NCBI RefSeq assembly: GCF_027921745.1 | Contig: NC_079238.1 | Span: 4,030,001-4,094,000 of the forward strand | DNA: 64,000 nt | From: Schizosaccharomyces osmophilus | Taxonomy: Eukaryota | Reading direction: 5' to 3' | Shown: positions 37,136 to 50,372 of the stretch, in pieces | Layout: the number at the start of each line of letters is the position of its first letter | Position numbering within the stretch: the stretch's first letter is position 1 | Position numbers and translations under genes: made by a program | The notes under the pieces: generated by a model | Seen by the model: only the letters and a program-made list of their open reading frames with translations | What the model was told of the DNA's origin: nothing | Database searches by the model: none

Positions 37136-37565
37136 TAATCCTCAATTCTTGTTTTCCATATACAGAGGGTAAGTCGCTGGCAACCTTAGCTGAGACTGAC
37201 CATTGCCTTTGCCTTTGATAGATTACACACACAAAAGGTGGGTAAAAGAATTGAAATACAATATGTTTAAATGTTAGAAATATAATAATAGTTCAGTGGA
37301 TAATTGAATTAAATTGCAGTTTGAGAATGTTCTAACTTGATGCTTAAAACATTGAAAATCTATACACGTTATATATATTATGAAACCATATTAGCAAAAG
37401 TTGATTATTCCCATACGTATGGGTACGTTGAAGCAAATCTAATATATAAATATTGTAAACAGGAGTCCCAACTCTGAGGACGAAGACTGCTCACGAGTAA
37501 ACATTAGAGCATCATGAGTTTATATGTAAAATAAATTAAGTAAACGGTATACGATAAAAAGGTCT

Positions 37566-40500
37566 TTACCCTTCAACGAACTTCATAGCTTCATCCTTGG
37601 AAATTGTTTCGACTGTTGATACCTTATGATTGAACATAACACCATAAAACGTATCAGCAGCTTTCACCATTTCAGGTCGAAATGTTGTGCATATGAATTG
37701 GCTTGTTCTGGACATTCCCTTTACCATTGCCGCCAAAGCAGACCGATATTGAGCATCTAAATTTGCATCACATTCGTCGAGAATGTTAAAAGGGGCAGGA
37801 TCACATCGCTGAATCGCAAAAATTAAAGCTAAAGCACATAATGATTTTTGACCTCCACTAAGCTGATGAATGCTTAACTGCTCATCATCCTTACTATTAA
37901 AGGATACACGGATACCAACACCTGTGTAATTATCAATTGAACTTCTCTGAGCTGCTTGGCTGTCAATGTCCATTGAGTTTTCTTGTTCAAGGCTCTGACT
38001 AAGTTCGCTTCGTTTGCTCATAACTAATTCACCTCGTCCAGCAGGAACAAGCTTTTCAAATATTTCCGAGAAATTCTTTGCTACCTGTTTGAAAGTGCGT
38101 TCTATAGCTTCATCTTTACGCTGATCCAACACCATTGTAAGCTCATTAATGGAATCTTGAGACCTTCTTAATTCTTCTCTTCTGGAAATCAAAGAATCAC
38201 GCTGCTTTGTAAAGTTGTTGTATTGCTCGTATGCCTTCTTATTAACGCTTCCATATTCTTTCAAAGCGTCATTGATCTTGTGCAATTTTTTGACTATAGC
38301 GTTTGAACTAGTTGAAACGTATTTAACGAAAGCTTCTTCGGGCAAAACACCAAGGGACTTAATATTTTCGTTACATTCCTTCTTACGAGCAAGCAACAGA
38401 CTTCTTTTGGCAGCATTTCTTTCGCTGACTTTCGATTCGTGTTCAATTTTTGCTGCTGCCTCATGCTGTAATTCTTCGAGTGTTTCTTGTCCCTTCTCCT
38501 TGGTTTGTAAATCATCAGCAAGCTTTTGAATTTGACTATCAAGTTTTTGGGATGCATCTTCAAGTTTATGAAGTTTTGCCTCGTGTTTCTCAATGGTTTT
38601 CTTGATGTTGGAAAGTTCGGATTCATCGACAATATTATCCATACCGAGTTGCATCTTTAGAGGATCACGTCTCAAATAAAGATTCGTATTTAACTGATAT
38701 TCCAGATTAACCTTTTGAGATTCGATTTCGACCAACTTTGCATTCAAATCGTTATAGTCAACTGACAATTGTTCGATTTGTGTTTCCAAATGTTTAAGTC
38801 TTTTCGCATCTCTGGGATCCATCTCCACCATTTCTGATTGAAGTTCTTCTTCAAAGTCTTTCACTTGTTGTTCCGAAGTTTGGAGTTCTAGTTTGGCCAA
38901 ATGCAAATCTTGAACCTTTCTACGATGAGAGCCTTGAACCTCTACTTCTTCCTGTGTTATAGAGACTTGCTCCATATTTAGCGGAGCATGATCACGCTCT
39001 AACTGTTTAAGCTCAAGCTCTGCATTCTGCAACTCATTTAAGCAATTTGTTATTTGCTGATCGACAGAATCGATTTGAATAGCAAGTTTATCGAGATTCA
39101 TTTGAGTTTCAGTAAATCGTTTCTGGTACTTTTTAACATTCTTGAGGGCATCTAAACGAGAATTCTTGTAATCACGATAACCACCAGTTAAGGCACCCTT
39201 CTTGTCAGAACGGTCACCGCTTAAAGTAATACCGTTGAGTTGATGTGATCTAGCATATTGTGATGCAACCTCGATAGAAGGGCATACAATAGTTTTAGAG
39301 AAAACTTGTTGAAATGCAGGTTGATATTTCGTATCATATTCAAGAAAATTCAGCAAAGGTAATGCATCACTGGCGTCAGGATAACCTACTGGCTTTGGAT
39401 GAAGCCTGTTTAAGGGCATAAACGTGACTCTTCCAGCATTCTCTTTATACATTACCTGTAAAATTTGATCGGCCGTCAAGTCGGAATCTACGACGACATG
39501 AAACAAACTATTTCCAGCAGTCGCTTCCACTGCGGTTTTAAACCGATTATCAACAGTGAAAAGGTCGCACAAGGGACCATAACAGCCGGTAAGTTTTAAG
39601 CGTTCTGAAATGCATTTAACAGATTTTAAGCCATTACTTGTGTTTCTATCCATGGTGGTACTCATGTTCTTTTCAGATTGTGAAAGATCATCCTTGATAC
39701 TTTCACTCATGGATTTTAGCTTAGCCTCTTCTCTCCAAAGTTCTTTTCGTTTATCAATAAGGTTCTCTTTCTTTTCATTGATTGAAGAAACCTTAGCCAT
39801 TGCTCCAGCAGTAAGTTCACCTCTAGACGAAAGTGCTGAATGAATTTCTTGTTTACGAGCGGCTTTCGCATTTAATGTCTCAGAAAGATTCTCTATTTCG
39901 GTATTTAAGTCTAGAATCCGTTTATTCTGAATTTTAATGCTTGAAGAAATCTCTTTAATTTGATCTTTAATCCAAACGTCACGCTCTTCTCTGGTAGCAA
40001 ATTGGGATATTCTTGATTGTTTGTCTAGAATGGTTCTTCTCTGATTTTGTAAAGACAGTATCTGCTGATTTAAGAGATCAACTTGGGAAACGACATCATT
40101 ATACTGAGGAATAATGTTTGTCAATTCCGATTCTTTACCATGGACTTCAGATTCCAAGGACTGAAGCATTTCGACTTTTGACGTTTCATCCTCTTTGGAA
40201 AATTCAATCTGACGTAGCAATTGTTGGAGTTGCAAATCCACAGCTGCCTTAGACTTGATAAGATTCGTGTAATCTTCTTCGTTTTGTTGCTTTTCAAGAC
40301 GAAGTAAGTTGACAGAATTCCGTAGTTCAGTAATTTCACCCTTAACCTGTTCAATACGCGTCTCCCTCTCAATAAAAGCCCCAGAATCTAACTCATTTCT
40401 TTGAAGTGTACTTGTGCGGTCTTGTTCTAGGGCATCCAAGACGGTATTGATTTCATCATGTTCACGTGAATAAATTGCATATTCCAAACACCTTCGTTCA

Positions 40501-41195
40501 TTATCTTTCTTATGATAAGCAGCAAGTTCATTTTTTTCTTCCTCAAGTTCACGCAGTCTTTCTTCAATATACTCCAATAATTCATCAATTTTCTCAGACT
40601 TGAGCACCGTTTCTGACATAATCTTGTTGGATTCGGAGCGTCTATTTTCGTAAATTTGAGTCCCTGCAACTTCCTTTAGGAGTTCCAAACGCTCAGAATC
40701 TTTCGCATTTGTAAGAGACGTTACTCGGCCTTGGGGGACAATATAATATGGGTTTGAACGTGAAAATCCTGCAGACTCTAAAAGATTTATTACTTCGCTT
40801 TTGTTCACCGTTTTCCTATCCAAAGAGTATTCATCTTTCTTAAGACCAATGGTTCGACGTAAAACAACTTCACTTTTTCCTGTAGGAAAGCGATTATCTG
40901 AGTTTTCAAAAGTAACTTCAACATAGGCACTCATAACAGTTGAACCAGGACCCTCATGCAAGAGGGCTTGCCTTTCTTCGCGTGATAAATGGGTGTAATC
41001 ATCGCCTAGAACAAAGCGAATAGCAGCAAAAAAGTTACTTTTCCCTGAACCATTCCTTCCAACAATCACATTGTGATGAGGACTAATCGGCTCTATAACG
41101 GTATAATCTTTGTAAGACTTGAATCCTTGAATAATAAGCTTAAAATTCGTTAGTTACAATCAATCCGTTTCAAAACTAACCTTTTTAATATGCAT
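37566..41195 (-). CDS. psm3: Cohesin SMC3 subunit; intron 41180-41139
   Basis: [24 protein letters not shown] Walker A, hinge, LSGGQ signature, ILDE Walker B. Confidence 0.97.
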
Positions 41196-41232
41196 AGATT
41201 CTGTTGTTGGCTTTGGACAAATGAAGCAGACC

Positions 41233-41248
41233 GACGCGCGTCGCGCGT
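41233..41248. promoter_or_regulatory. Clustered MCB-like (ACGCG) elements upstream of psm3
   Basis: GACGCGCGTCGCGCGT about 40 nt upstream of the psm3 ATG, with three ACGCG/CGCGT cores. Confidence 0.7.
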
Positions 41249-41711
41249 ATACCAACAAGTAGCAACCAAACAACAAGGGTCACTAACGTCGTTCAATCTG
41301 CTTTCTTTTATTCTAAATTTAAAAAATTACTTTGAAATAAAATAATGAAGGACAATTTTGTTGACAATCTTCACAAGGGACAATTATAAACTGTATAAAA
41401 CATAGAGTAAACTGCAACTAATCGAATTTCATTGAACGCAGCATCCGTGACTCATTTTTCGATTCCATTAGATTATAAATTTATAAGTTGTACAACTTCC
41501 TGCGCGTAACTAAAAGCAGAGTCAAATACATAAAAAGTAAACACTTGATTGTTAGATAAATTAACTTTCGCTTAATATTATACTCCGCTAATTTATTACT
41601 TTACCCTACCTTATCCCATTTAGAGCATTTCATGTTTTCGACAGCAAATTTGTGTAAAATTCTAATACCCTTCTTAATACCCGTATTCTTCTGGTGATTA
41701 ACTGGAAAAAA

Positions 41712-43369
41712 ATGCTAGAAAAAGGAGAAGAACCCTACCAAGAAGCTGCAAACGGTGAAGAGCATTACGAGGAATTCAGTGAGGATTCGGAGAACGCACA
41801 GTATGAAAATCTCGACGAAATTGACTGGGTATTAGCTTCCTCTGGTATGTATGCTTCAGTCAACCTTGACTCGTAGCTTGCTTTGTCGTTGCCAGAGAGT
41901 ACTTACTAATTCATAGACTATGCTTCTTCAAACGCTGCTGGTTCTGCTTCAGCTGGGGTACAAGCAACAGCACAACCAAATAGTAAAGTAAAAGTAGCGA
42001 AGGGACAGGATCGCGTTTCAACGCTGAGCCGTTATATGGATAATATGGATGTAAAAGACCATTTCGATGGAAGTGGTAAGTTCAGCAGCGTTTAGAATGA
42101 GTTTGAGAACAGTTTTTACTAACACCAAAAAAAGAAAAAGCCAACACAAAGGACAAAAGCGACAGAGCTACATCTGAACAAGTCCTGGATCCTCGAACTC
42201 GAATCATTCTGTTAAAATTGATTAATAATGGAACCATTTCGGAAATGAATGGCTGTATCAGTACCGGTAAAGAGGCAAATGTTTATCATGCTGTAAACGA
42301 GGAAGGGAAACACCTCGCTGTCAAAATCTTCAAAACCTCAATTCTTGTATTCAAAGACAGAGACCGTTATGTATCTGGTGAGTTTCGTTTTCGCCATGGC
42401 TACAATAAGAGAAATCCAAGAAAAATGGTGAGAGTTTGGGCGGAAAAAGAAATCAGAAACTTGAAGCGAGTGTATTCGGCGGGTATTCCTTCTCCCGAAC
42501 CTCTTTTATTAAAGCATCATGTTTTGGTAATGTCCTTTCTAGGTGACAAGAAGGGTTGGCCTTATCCTAAATTAAAGGATGTGGATGTCACAGCCGCGGA
42601 GGCTACAAAGCTCTATGGTATGGTTGCGAGATACATGCGTACAATGTATCAAGTTTGCCATCTTGTCCATGCCGATTTGTCAGAGTACAATATGCTTTAT
42701 CACAAAGGAAAAATATATTTGATTGACGTTTCTCAATCTGTTGAGCACGATCACCCTGGAAGTTTTGAATTTTTGCGGATGGATATTTTAAACGTTACCT
42801 CATTTTTCAAGCGTTTCGACGCAGATTGCTTGTCCTTGCCAAGTCTATTCAAGTTTGTCACAGAAAATGGCAGCGTTGAGAAACAAGATATGAAAAACCG
42901 TTTGGAAGAGCTTAGGGAAGGAGATCCCGATTCCGATGATGATCACGAAGAAGAATTTCTGAAAACATACGTACCACGGACCTTAGAAGAAGTTTACGAT
43001 GTTGATCGTGATACTCAATTGGTAGAGGAGGGACGTGGAGAAAGTTTAGTATATAGACACTTATTGAATACAGGTATAAAGGAAAGCAATGAAAAGGATG
43101 CGAATACTTCCCATCCTAACAATGACCCAACTTCCGCCTCAGAAAGCGAAGCCTCAGATGCATCTGATTCAGATGATGAAAACAATATCAATTCTTTTGA
43201 AGGAGATAAATATGTCAGGAGAGATAACGGTGGTCATGAAAAAGAAAGTGCGGAGGAAAAACGCACTCGCAAACAGAAAGTAAAAGGAGAAAAAGCGGAG
43301 AAAAGGAAAACGAAAATATCAAAGTATGAGAAAAAGCGTAAAGTAAAACAGGGAGGTCGCAAAAAATAA
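41712..43369 (+). CDS. rio1: RIO kinase Rio1; introns 41845-41916 and 42076-42134
   Basis: DKSDRATSEQVLDPRT, STGKEANVY, VHADLSEYN, IDVSQSVEHDHP, basic tail. Confidence 0.95.
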
Positions 43370-43582
43370 GCTTGATTTTATTTTGTTTCTTCCGGTTTAT
43401 TTTTGGATAGTGGGTAAAGGATTTAATAATACATTGGTATTTATTTTTGGATACTAAAATTTTTTTTTTAAAAAAAAATCATTAATGATTGTAACTTATC
43501 TGTATATAGCATTGACATAAAAAGGAGTCTAAAATGAAAAATCGTAGAAGGCATCGCTATCGTTTCTCGTTTCGCTATTTCC

Positions 43583-44797
43583 TCAATGGTTGTTGCTGGT
43601 TTTGTCTTTTTTTACCTTTTTGTCGGCAGGTATTTTTACATTTGGCAGCTCAGTATACTGATGCTCTATTATTTCGAAATGTAGAGGTGGGTCTGTAACT
43701 GCATTCCATAATGTTTGGGGCAAGTAATCACCGTACTGTGTGCAAAAATCGATGCGTGATTTAGTTTCAGTCTGCTGCTCTTGTTCTAGTTTATACACAA
43801 GATTATCGACTACAGAGCGTACCCGTTTTTCGTAAGCTTGCCGCCTATGTATTTCTTGAAGAAGAAGATGATATGCTTTAGCAAAATGGTTATAGTGCCT
43901 TTCTAGTTGAATCAATTCTTGAGCTAGCTGGGGTATTTCCAAACCAGTGTGAGCACTCATAAGTTCATGTGCTGCTTCATGACGCCGATTAGTTAGCTGG
44001 TTTTTGTTTAATTCTTCTGCAAGCTCCTCAAGTCTTTTCGCACTAGCATCCACTGTGCGCTGATATTCCAAAACAGTCAAATGGTAAGCCTTCGTTTCTT
44101 CAAGGCCAGTTCGAAGATCTTCCAGCACGGCAGGAACATGATTTGAATCGTTTCGTAAAATCTCAGTCAATTCTTTTTTTTCAACATCAGAAAGGCCAAC
44201 ATATATTGTCAAAGCTTCAGAACACTGGTCGAAATGTTGTGCTACCTGAAGAAGCAAATCAGCCAAAGATTCGGCTAAATCATTATTTACTGGAGGTAAA
44301 AAGTCCAAAGGAATGGATCCAAGGCGAACATGGTATTGTTCACATATGTCTTCTTCCAACAATCCAGAGAGCTTTTCATACGCATTCCATACACCATCTG
44401 TGACTCCCCGAAGCCTTGTCTTCAAATCTTCCAGAGAAGTGTCATCGACAAACGAATAGAGATTAGGATATTCACTTCCTAAAGCTGGATCTAAAACACA
44501 TTCTCGAAGTCTTTTCAAGGACTTTTCTAAACGATCATGGAGATCGTTCAATTGCCCAAATGTTGGATGATTCTGTACGAGATTTAAAAGTTGCTTTATC
44601 AAAGAAGTAGAAGAGTCGAGTCTGGCGCACTGCGAGGCTGTTAATTTTGCTAATTCACTTAGTTGTTGATGCTGCTTAGCAGAGATCTTCAGGCAGTTTT
44701 TCGCAGCTTCATTGTATTCATAGGCATCACCACAAAGTTGACGAGCTTCCGTAAGGGCCTCTTTAGCTTGCTCGGTCCATTGCTTCAACAAGTCCAT
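43583..44797 (-). CDS. atg17: Autophagy scaffold Atg17
   Basis: Coiled-coil APG17 features (LYSFVD, AQHFDQC, Y..LLQEIHRR, YGDYLPQTLW). Confidence 0.88.
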   Translation of the reverse strand: MDLLKQWTEQAKEALTEARQLCGDAYEYNEAAKNCLKISAKQHQQLSELAKLTASQCARLDSSTSLIKQLLNLVQNHPTFGQLNDLHDRLEKSLKRLRECVLDPALGSEYPNLYSFVDDTSLEDLKTRLRGVTDGVWNAYEKLSGLLEEDICEQYHVRLGSIPLDFLPPVNNDLAESLADLLLQVAQHFDQCSEALTIYVGLSDVEKKELTEILRNDSNHVPAVLEDLRTGLEETKAYHLTVLEYQRTVDASAKRLEELAEELNKNQLTNRRHEAAHELMSAHTGLEIPQLAQELIQLERHYNHFAKAYHLLLQEIHRRQAYEKRVRSVVDNLVYKLEQEQQTETKSRIDFCTQYGDYLPQTLWNAVTDPPLHFEIIEHQYTELPNVKIPADKKVKKDKTSNNH

Positions 44798-45308
44798 CAC
44801 CGCACTTAAGCGGCTTTTTGTATACTTCCTTCTAAGAATTCACTCAATTGTCTGTTTAAACGAAAATAATGATATATGGAATCTTATATAGGAATACTTA
44901 TTGTTTATGAGCTCGCTTTTGGTCAAATACAATAAATTGAAGCACAATGTTTGAGAGTGTGGAATTGGAAGAAAGAATCCATTGTATTATTTATATTACG
45001 ATGACGAATATAAAAGTAGTTTTACGAAAAAAGACAGTATATTTTGCAAATAATAGTTTTTTCATTTTATTACCAAACTAATCTAAAGAAGAGAAAATTA
45101 TAGAGGGAAATACAAAGCATTTAATGCCTTCTTGATGCTTGAGAAATCCCAACCAACTTGAAGGTTAAAAAAGGTAGAAAAAGGCCATTATTAGTTGGTA
45201 AATTAGCCAAAGGAATTCTATACACAAAAACCTTTTTAGCACATGGCATAAGAGCTCACTTACCAAACTCGACAATCTGAAGTGGCGGAATAGAAGGTAA
45301 GATGGGCT

Positions 45309-46019
45309 TTAAGGAATAAAAGGAATCCCAGATGGTGTTTTTCTCCGATAATCTTTATATTCTTCACCAAAAAATTTGACCAAGTACATCTCTTCTCCAG
45401 TAATTCGCTTGCTAAAGAAATCCCAAAGGACGGCACCGAAAGCTACCAAGGAAAAGAAATTCTTCAAAAGGAGTTGCGTTCCTATTGCCCAAACGAAAAA
45501 TCCAACATATGAAGGATGGCGAACATAATGATAAACACCAGACTTAACAAGACTATGCTCCTGTCTTTTTTCACTAGCAATGTGATGAGAGAATGATTTA
45601 CCAGCGTGTACCATAGCGTATGATCGAAGTAATTGTCCCGAAGTAACCAATATAATTGCTAAACTTGTGTATACCCAAGGAATCCACGACAGGGCGCACG
45701 AAGGCAAATGAAGCCAAGACAAGATTTTTGAAATACTCGACCCATTAGTAAAGTAGTATTCTAATACACCAATGGACATAGCAATCCAATATGCTGCCCC
45801 ATTGTTTAAAACAAAAGAATCCCAAGACAACTGAGGGCCCTGAAACTGAGCTGTAATATAGAATTCTAGTTCATGAAAGATTCCCAACACTGCAACAAAA
45901 GCACTGACTCTTGATTTCGTCAGTATACTCAAAATGCACCCAGATCCAATGACCAGTCCTAAAAGGGAACTTGTAGCACTTATTAAGGCTACTTGATCTG
46001 ATGTATGAATGTTTGGCAT
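45309..46019 (-). CDS. mam4: Isoprenylcysteine carboxyl methyltransferase
   Basis: FHELEF, GVYHYVRHPSYVGFF, RITGEEMYL, GIPFIP. Confidence 0.93.
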   Translation of the reverse strand: MPNIHTSDQVALISATSSLLGLVIGSGCILSILTKSRVSAFVAVLGIFHELEFYITAQFQGPQLSWDSFVLNNGAAYWIAMSIGVLEYYFTNGSSISKILSWLHLPSCALSWIPWVYTSLAIILVTSGQLLRSYAMVHAGKSFSHHIASEKRQEHSLVKSGVYHYVRHPSYVGFFVWAIGTQLLLKNFFSLVAFGAVLWDFFSKRITGEEMYLVKFFGEEYKDYRRKTPSGIPFIP

Positions 46020-46695
46020 TTATTTAAAAAGAAGTATCAAAAAAAATCCAGTCACGCTCGGTCAAAAAGTATAATGCTCAAAAAAATCCTGCTTAAATAG
46101 AAAAGATTCACAGTACGTATTGTAAGTTAAAATCAATCTATGTTAGAAGGTTAAAATCGAACGAAACTTCAAAGGAAAAGCCAAATTCAAATTTAGTACG
46201 TTTTTACAGATTTGGAGGGGTGTGCATCATTAATTATTTCTTTCTGGTTTGATCGTCCATTACAGACAATGGACAAAGAACTTCATTATCCTATGCCAAC
46301 ATATGATTTGGAAAAAGATAGTCGGATTGGAATAAATAACAAAACCAAGATACTCATAAGAAAGGTGCTAAGAGTCTAGTAGCTCATACAAGTCTGCTAC
46401 GTCCACCAAGAACAAGAAATGTAGAGCATATTATTTGAAATAAAGTTGTATATAAGTCTGTTAATTAAGTCTGGAAATTTTTAAAGATCATAAGGAAACA
46501 AAACGATAAATGGGCGTATTTCTCTATAGGTAGGTAGAAGAATTAAAAAGAACAAGGTAAAACAAGATTTCCTTTAAGTCCAATTGCCTGTTATCACGCC
46601 TTTCATTTATTATTGTATTCTTCTGGTCTTCATCTTGCTTTTCTATTTTTTATCATATCATAACTTCAAAAAAAAGAACATGAACAAAATGACGA

Positions 46696-47925
46696 CTAGT
46701 TGACTGAACGAACTGCGTGATCAAAAGCCTTGGCAACATGGTCAACATTGGAACTGTTGAGACCAGCCATAGAAATACGACCATTGGCACTGAAGTAAAG
46801 GTGATACTTTTCTTGACAGAATTGGACTTGAGCAGGGGTCAACCCAGTAAAGGAAAACATTCCGATTTGATCAGTTATGTGATCCCAAGTACCAGGAGTC
46901 TTCAAAGCTACGAGAGAATCACGTAAATGAGAACGCATTTCATTAATACGCGAAGACATAGTTCGTAAGTCTTCCTTCCATTGTTCGAAAAGTTCGGGGT
47001 TTCCTAAAATTGCAGCGGCGATACGGGCACCATAAGCAGGAGGATTCGAAATAGTGTTGCGTTGAATGAGACAAAGCACAGACTGCATTTTGCGTTTTAC
47101 GGTGCTATTTTTAGCGACGTAGTGAAGGCAACCAGTACGCTCACCATACAAACCCATGTTCTTGGCGAAAGATTGACAGACAAAGAAATCTTTATTGGAT
47201 TTGGCAAACTCATTCAAGGCCCAAGAATCACGGTCCAAATCACCACTAGCAAATCCTTGGTAAGCAATGTCAAACACAACCAAGTGCTTACGGGCAAGAA
47301 GAGCCTCAAACATAGATTTCCACTGTTCCCTAGTGGGGTCAATTCCCGTAGGATTATGAGCACAAGCATGAAGTAAAAAAATGCTGCCTTCAGGAGCAGA
47401 TTTCATTACATCCATAGTTCCTTCGAAATCAAATCTTCGGTTTTTTGCATCCCAATAAGGATAAGTCTCAACCTTTACATTGACACTTTCCCAGAGAGTG
47501 CGATGAACGGGCCAAGTTGGGTTCGAAATGTAAACGGCAGCTCCATTCTTTTGCGCATATTGTTCAGCTATAAATCTAGCAGCCGAAAAATTAGCTCCAG
47601 TACCAGACACAGATTGGATGGAACAAATGCGGTCTTCCTTCAATAAGTGGTCGTTGGGCTTGAACAGGATTTCAGCAGCAGCCTTTGTAAACTGACCAAA
47701 ACCAGCAATAGGCATGTATTCGTGATTGTAGTTGGGGTCTTTTTCAACAATTTCAGAAGCCTTCTTAACAACAGGCAAAATCCATGGCTTTCCGTTATTG
47801 TCACGGTAAGCACCAATACTCATGTTCACCTTTGAAGGGTCTTCATCTTGGTTGTATAAAGCGTTTAATTTGAAAATGGCATCAGGCTGAGCTTCAATCA
47901 ATTCATCAAATCCAAAATCTGACAT
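46696..47925 (-). CDS. caa1: Cytoplasmic aspartate aminotransferase
   Basis: IGAYRD, HACAHNPTG, DIAYQGFASG, SFAKNMGLYGER (PLP Lys); no transit peptide. Confidence 0.93.
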   Translation of the reverse strand: MSDFGFDELIEAQPDAIFKLNALYNQDEDPSKVNMSIGAYRDNNGKPWILPVVKKASEIVEKDPNYNHEYMPIAGFGQFTKAAAEILFKPNDHLLKEDRICSIQSVSGTGANFSAARFIAEQYAQKNGAAVYISNPTWPVHRTLWESVNVKVETYPYWDAKNRRFDFEGTMDVMKSAPEGSIFLLHACAHNPTGIDPTREQWKSMFEALLARKHLVVFDIAYQGFASGDLDRDSWALNEFAKSNKDFFVCQSFAKNMGLYGERTGCLHYVAKNSTVKRKMQSVLCLIQRNTISNPPAYGARIAAAILGNPELFEQWKEDLRTMSSRINEMRSHLRDSLVALKTPGTWDHITDQIGMFSFTGLTPAQVQFCQEKYHLYFSANGRISMAGLNSSNVDHVAKAFDHAVRSVN

Positions 47926-48779
47926 TTTACTTATTTCGCGCTGGTAAATTTCAGGTTCAGAACTTGGCTTCCGCTACCGAATAAAGTCTGTTTCCATCTT
48001 GATTTCCCTGATATTAAATCACCTCGTTTGGATAATCATTATCTAACTGTCACAGTGTCACAGGATGAATCTCACTTGTTATGAGAATAAGTATTCAATG
48101 GAAAAATGTGTAATAACCATTCAGTAAATTGTATGTTTTACTTTCAATTAGATGCTTTGGTACTACTTAGATTGAATAGCAATAGCTTCCAAGGATCTGA
48201 TTCACTTAACAAAGTTGTAAGGACAATTTATTTAGCTAGATCAGTCAAATCTCCCAATCTGAATATTTGCCAGGTAATTATCGCATTTGTATAACTTGTA
48301 ACAAAGTCTTTGTCTAAATATTTACTTTGCCTTCTTTCGACTCTTGTTTAAACAGTTTCTTTGTTTATTCATTACATTCATGAATCCTTATTGTTATACA
48401 ATAATAATAACACAACATTAGTAATATCGTATATGGGTTATGACACTAACATGATGAAAGACTTTTTAACAAACGATATCTACGTATTTCAGAAATTCAT
48501 AATAAAGGAAAATAAAAATTTCCAAAGTATTAGGTGTAGCTTAAGTTGTAAATCCCAAAAAGTAAATACAACATGATAAAATTCATACCTTACGCCAATT
48601 TTTGAACGAGCAGGATTGAGATATGCTTTTATTGATAGCTTTCTATGTAAATTCATTTATAGTAGTCATTATCCTATTTTCGACAACTGCAAGCATCAGG
48701 AGGAGAAAGTACTTCTTGGGGCAAGATTTTCTTGATCCCATGCTTACAGATTGTTGATGAACTGTTAAATATGGGTTTC

Positions 48780-50372
48780 TTATTCGGGAATCTCAGGGAC
48801 CCGAAAGTCCCCAGGGAAAAATATGTTTTGGAAAAACCAATATACGGATGAAAATAGCTTCTGGTACCAACGAGGCGAAGGTTTGTTCTCCACATATCGA
48901 CTAGCAACATCTCCCATAATTGCTAGACTATTTACCGGGTACCCAAACATTTGATTGTTCTTTTGAATGAGCATGATACAGCGACCAAGCATCAACAATT
49001 CCTGAGGCAAACGATGACAATCGTTTAAAAAGTTCACAAACCTTGCTCTTCGACTAAGTTGCTCTTCAAACAACTTCTGTTGAGATTTTGGTTCCGAATC
49101 TTCGTTAGAATCACCATCAACGGGAATATTCAACATTCGATTTGCAAAAACATCGGGCTCCGTAACACCCCAGGAATGCATGACTTTCATTACAGCAGCT
49201 CGGTCAAACGCATAAACAGCACTAAATAAGAGAGCAAAACTTTTGCGAAAAGACTCAGATTCATGTACATATAACCCGTGATCTAAAATGACTACCTGAG
49301 GCTGACGGCCTACTTTGCGCACGACTATATTACCTGGATGAGGGTCACAATGCACTTGCTTCGTACAGAACATTTGAAAAGAAAGAAAATAAAACAAGCT
49401 ACCGAGGATTTGCTTTTTACTGAATCCAGCATTGGACAATGCTTCTTGGTTATAAAGGGGAATTCCATCAATCCACTCCGTAACCATAATCTTTTCTCCA
49501 GAGAGTTCGTCATATACTTTTGGGACATAGACATTTCCTTTTAGAAAGTTTGTCTCATTTATTGCTTCGCGGCTTGACCGCGTCGCTTCGGCTTCAACAA
49601 CGAAATTTATCTCCGACCGAAGTCGTTCTGAAACATAGTCCACGGTGAAGTATAAGGGAATGTGAAATATCCATTTGTCATAAACATACATCATACATTT
49701 ATAAACCAATAAGTCCCAGTTCATCTGCTTCGAAACAGATGGTTTTTGCACCTTCACGGCTACTTTTTCTCCAGATCGGAGAGTAGCCTCATGTACTTGA
49801 GCTATGCTAGCACTTGCCGAAGCTGCTTTTTCGATTGTAGCAAAAACTTCTTCTGCGGGTCTGTGGTATTGGGTTTTAATGATTTCAGAAACTTCATCCC
49901 ATCCGATTTGTGGAGCATCGTCAAACATTCCTTTGAAAGCCTGCCCGTAGACAGGAGGAAGATTAGCCGATTGCATGGCAACGATCTGTCCCATTTTGAT
50001 ATAAAGGCCTCCATTTTTGGAAACCATATTGACCAAGCGATGAGCAACTCGCTCATGTAAAGCCTCAATTCGATCAGCTCGTTCCTCATTGAAGTTAAAT
50101 TTGTAATCCGCTGCAATAATTATAGCTGTATACACAGTCCGAATACTCCGAGTCAAAGCGTTGGCATTATAGTAATTGTCCCAAATGTAAACTCCTGTTC
50201 CAAGACTCCCCATCCAAACTAGTCTCTTGGCCCATGTTGAACGTTTGCTGGAGGTTTGTTTAAAAGAAGAAAAATTGCTGTAAAAACAACGAGACGATCC
50301 TTGAGTCAAAGGATTCATCAATTTTACATTTCGTGATGCTAATGATGAACGAATTCCTATCCGAGTAAACAT
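48780..50372 (-). CDS. Mitochondrial ABC1/UbiB family atypical kinase (ADCK-like)
   Basis: Mitochondrial presequence, GLYIKMGQ, ASASIAQVH, VAVKVQ, HCDPHPGN, LDHG. Confidence 0.92.
   Translation of the reverse strand: MFTRIGIRSSLASRNVKLMNPLTQGSSRCFYSNFSSFKQTSSKRSTWAKRLVWMGSLGTGVYIWDNYYNANALTRSIRTVYTAIIIAADYKFNFNEERADRIEALHERVAHRLVNMVSKNGGLYIKMGQIVAMQSANLPPVYGQAFKGMFDDAPQIGWDEVSEIIKTQYHRPAEEVFATIEKAASASASIAQVHEATLRSGEKVAVKVQKPSVSKQMNWDLLVYKCMMYVYDKWIFHIPLYFTVDYVSERLRSEINFVVEAEATRSSREAINETNFLKGNVYVPKVYDELSGEKIMVTEWIDGIPLYNQEALSNAGFSKKQILGSLFYFLSFQMFCTKQVHCDPHPGNIVVRKVGRQPQVVILDHGLYVHESESFRKSFALLFSAVYAFDRAAVMKVMHSWGVTEPDVFANRMLNIPVDGDSNEDSEPKSQQKLFEEQLSRRARFVNFLNDCHRLPQELLMLGRCIMLIQKNNQMFGYPVNSLAIMGDVASRYVENKPSPRWYQKLFSSVYWFFQNIFFPGDFRVPEIPE

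Noticed and set aside
48048..48063. Tandem TGTCACAG x2 upstream of caa1
   Set aside because: Does not match the Homol-D consensus; a single short repeat is too weak to call
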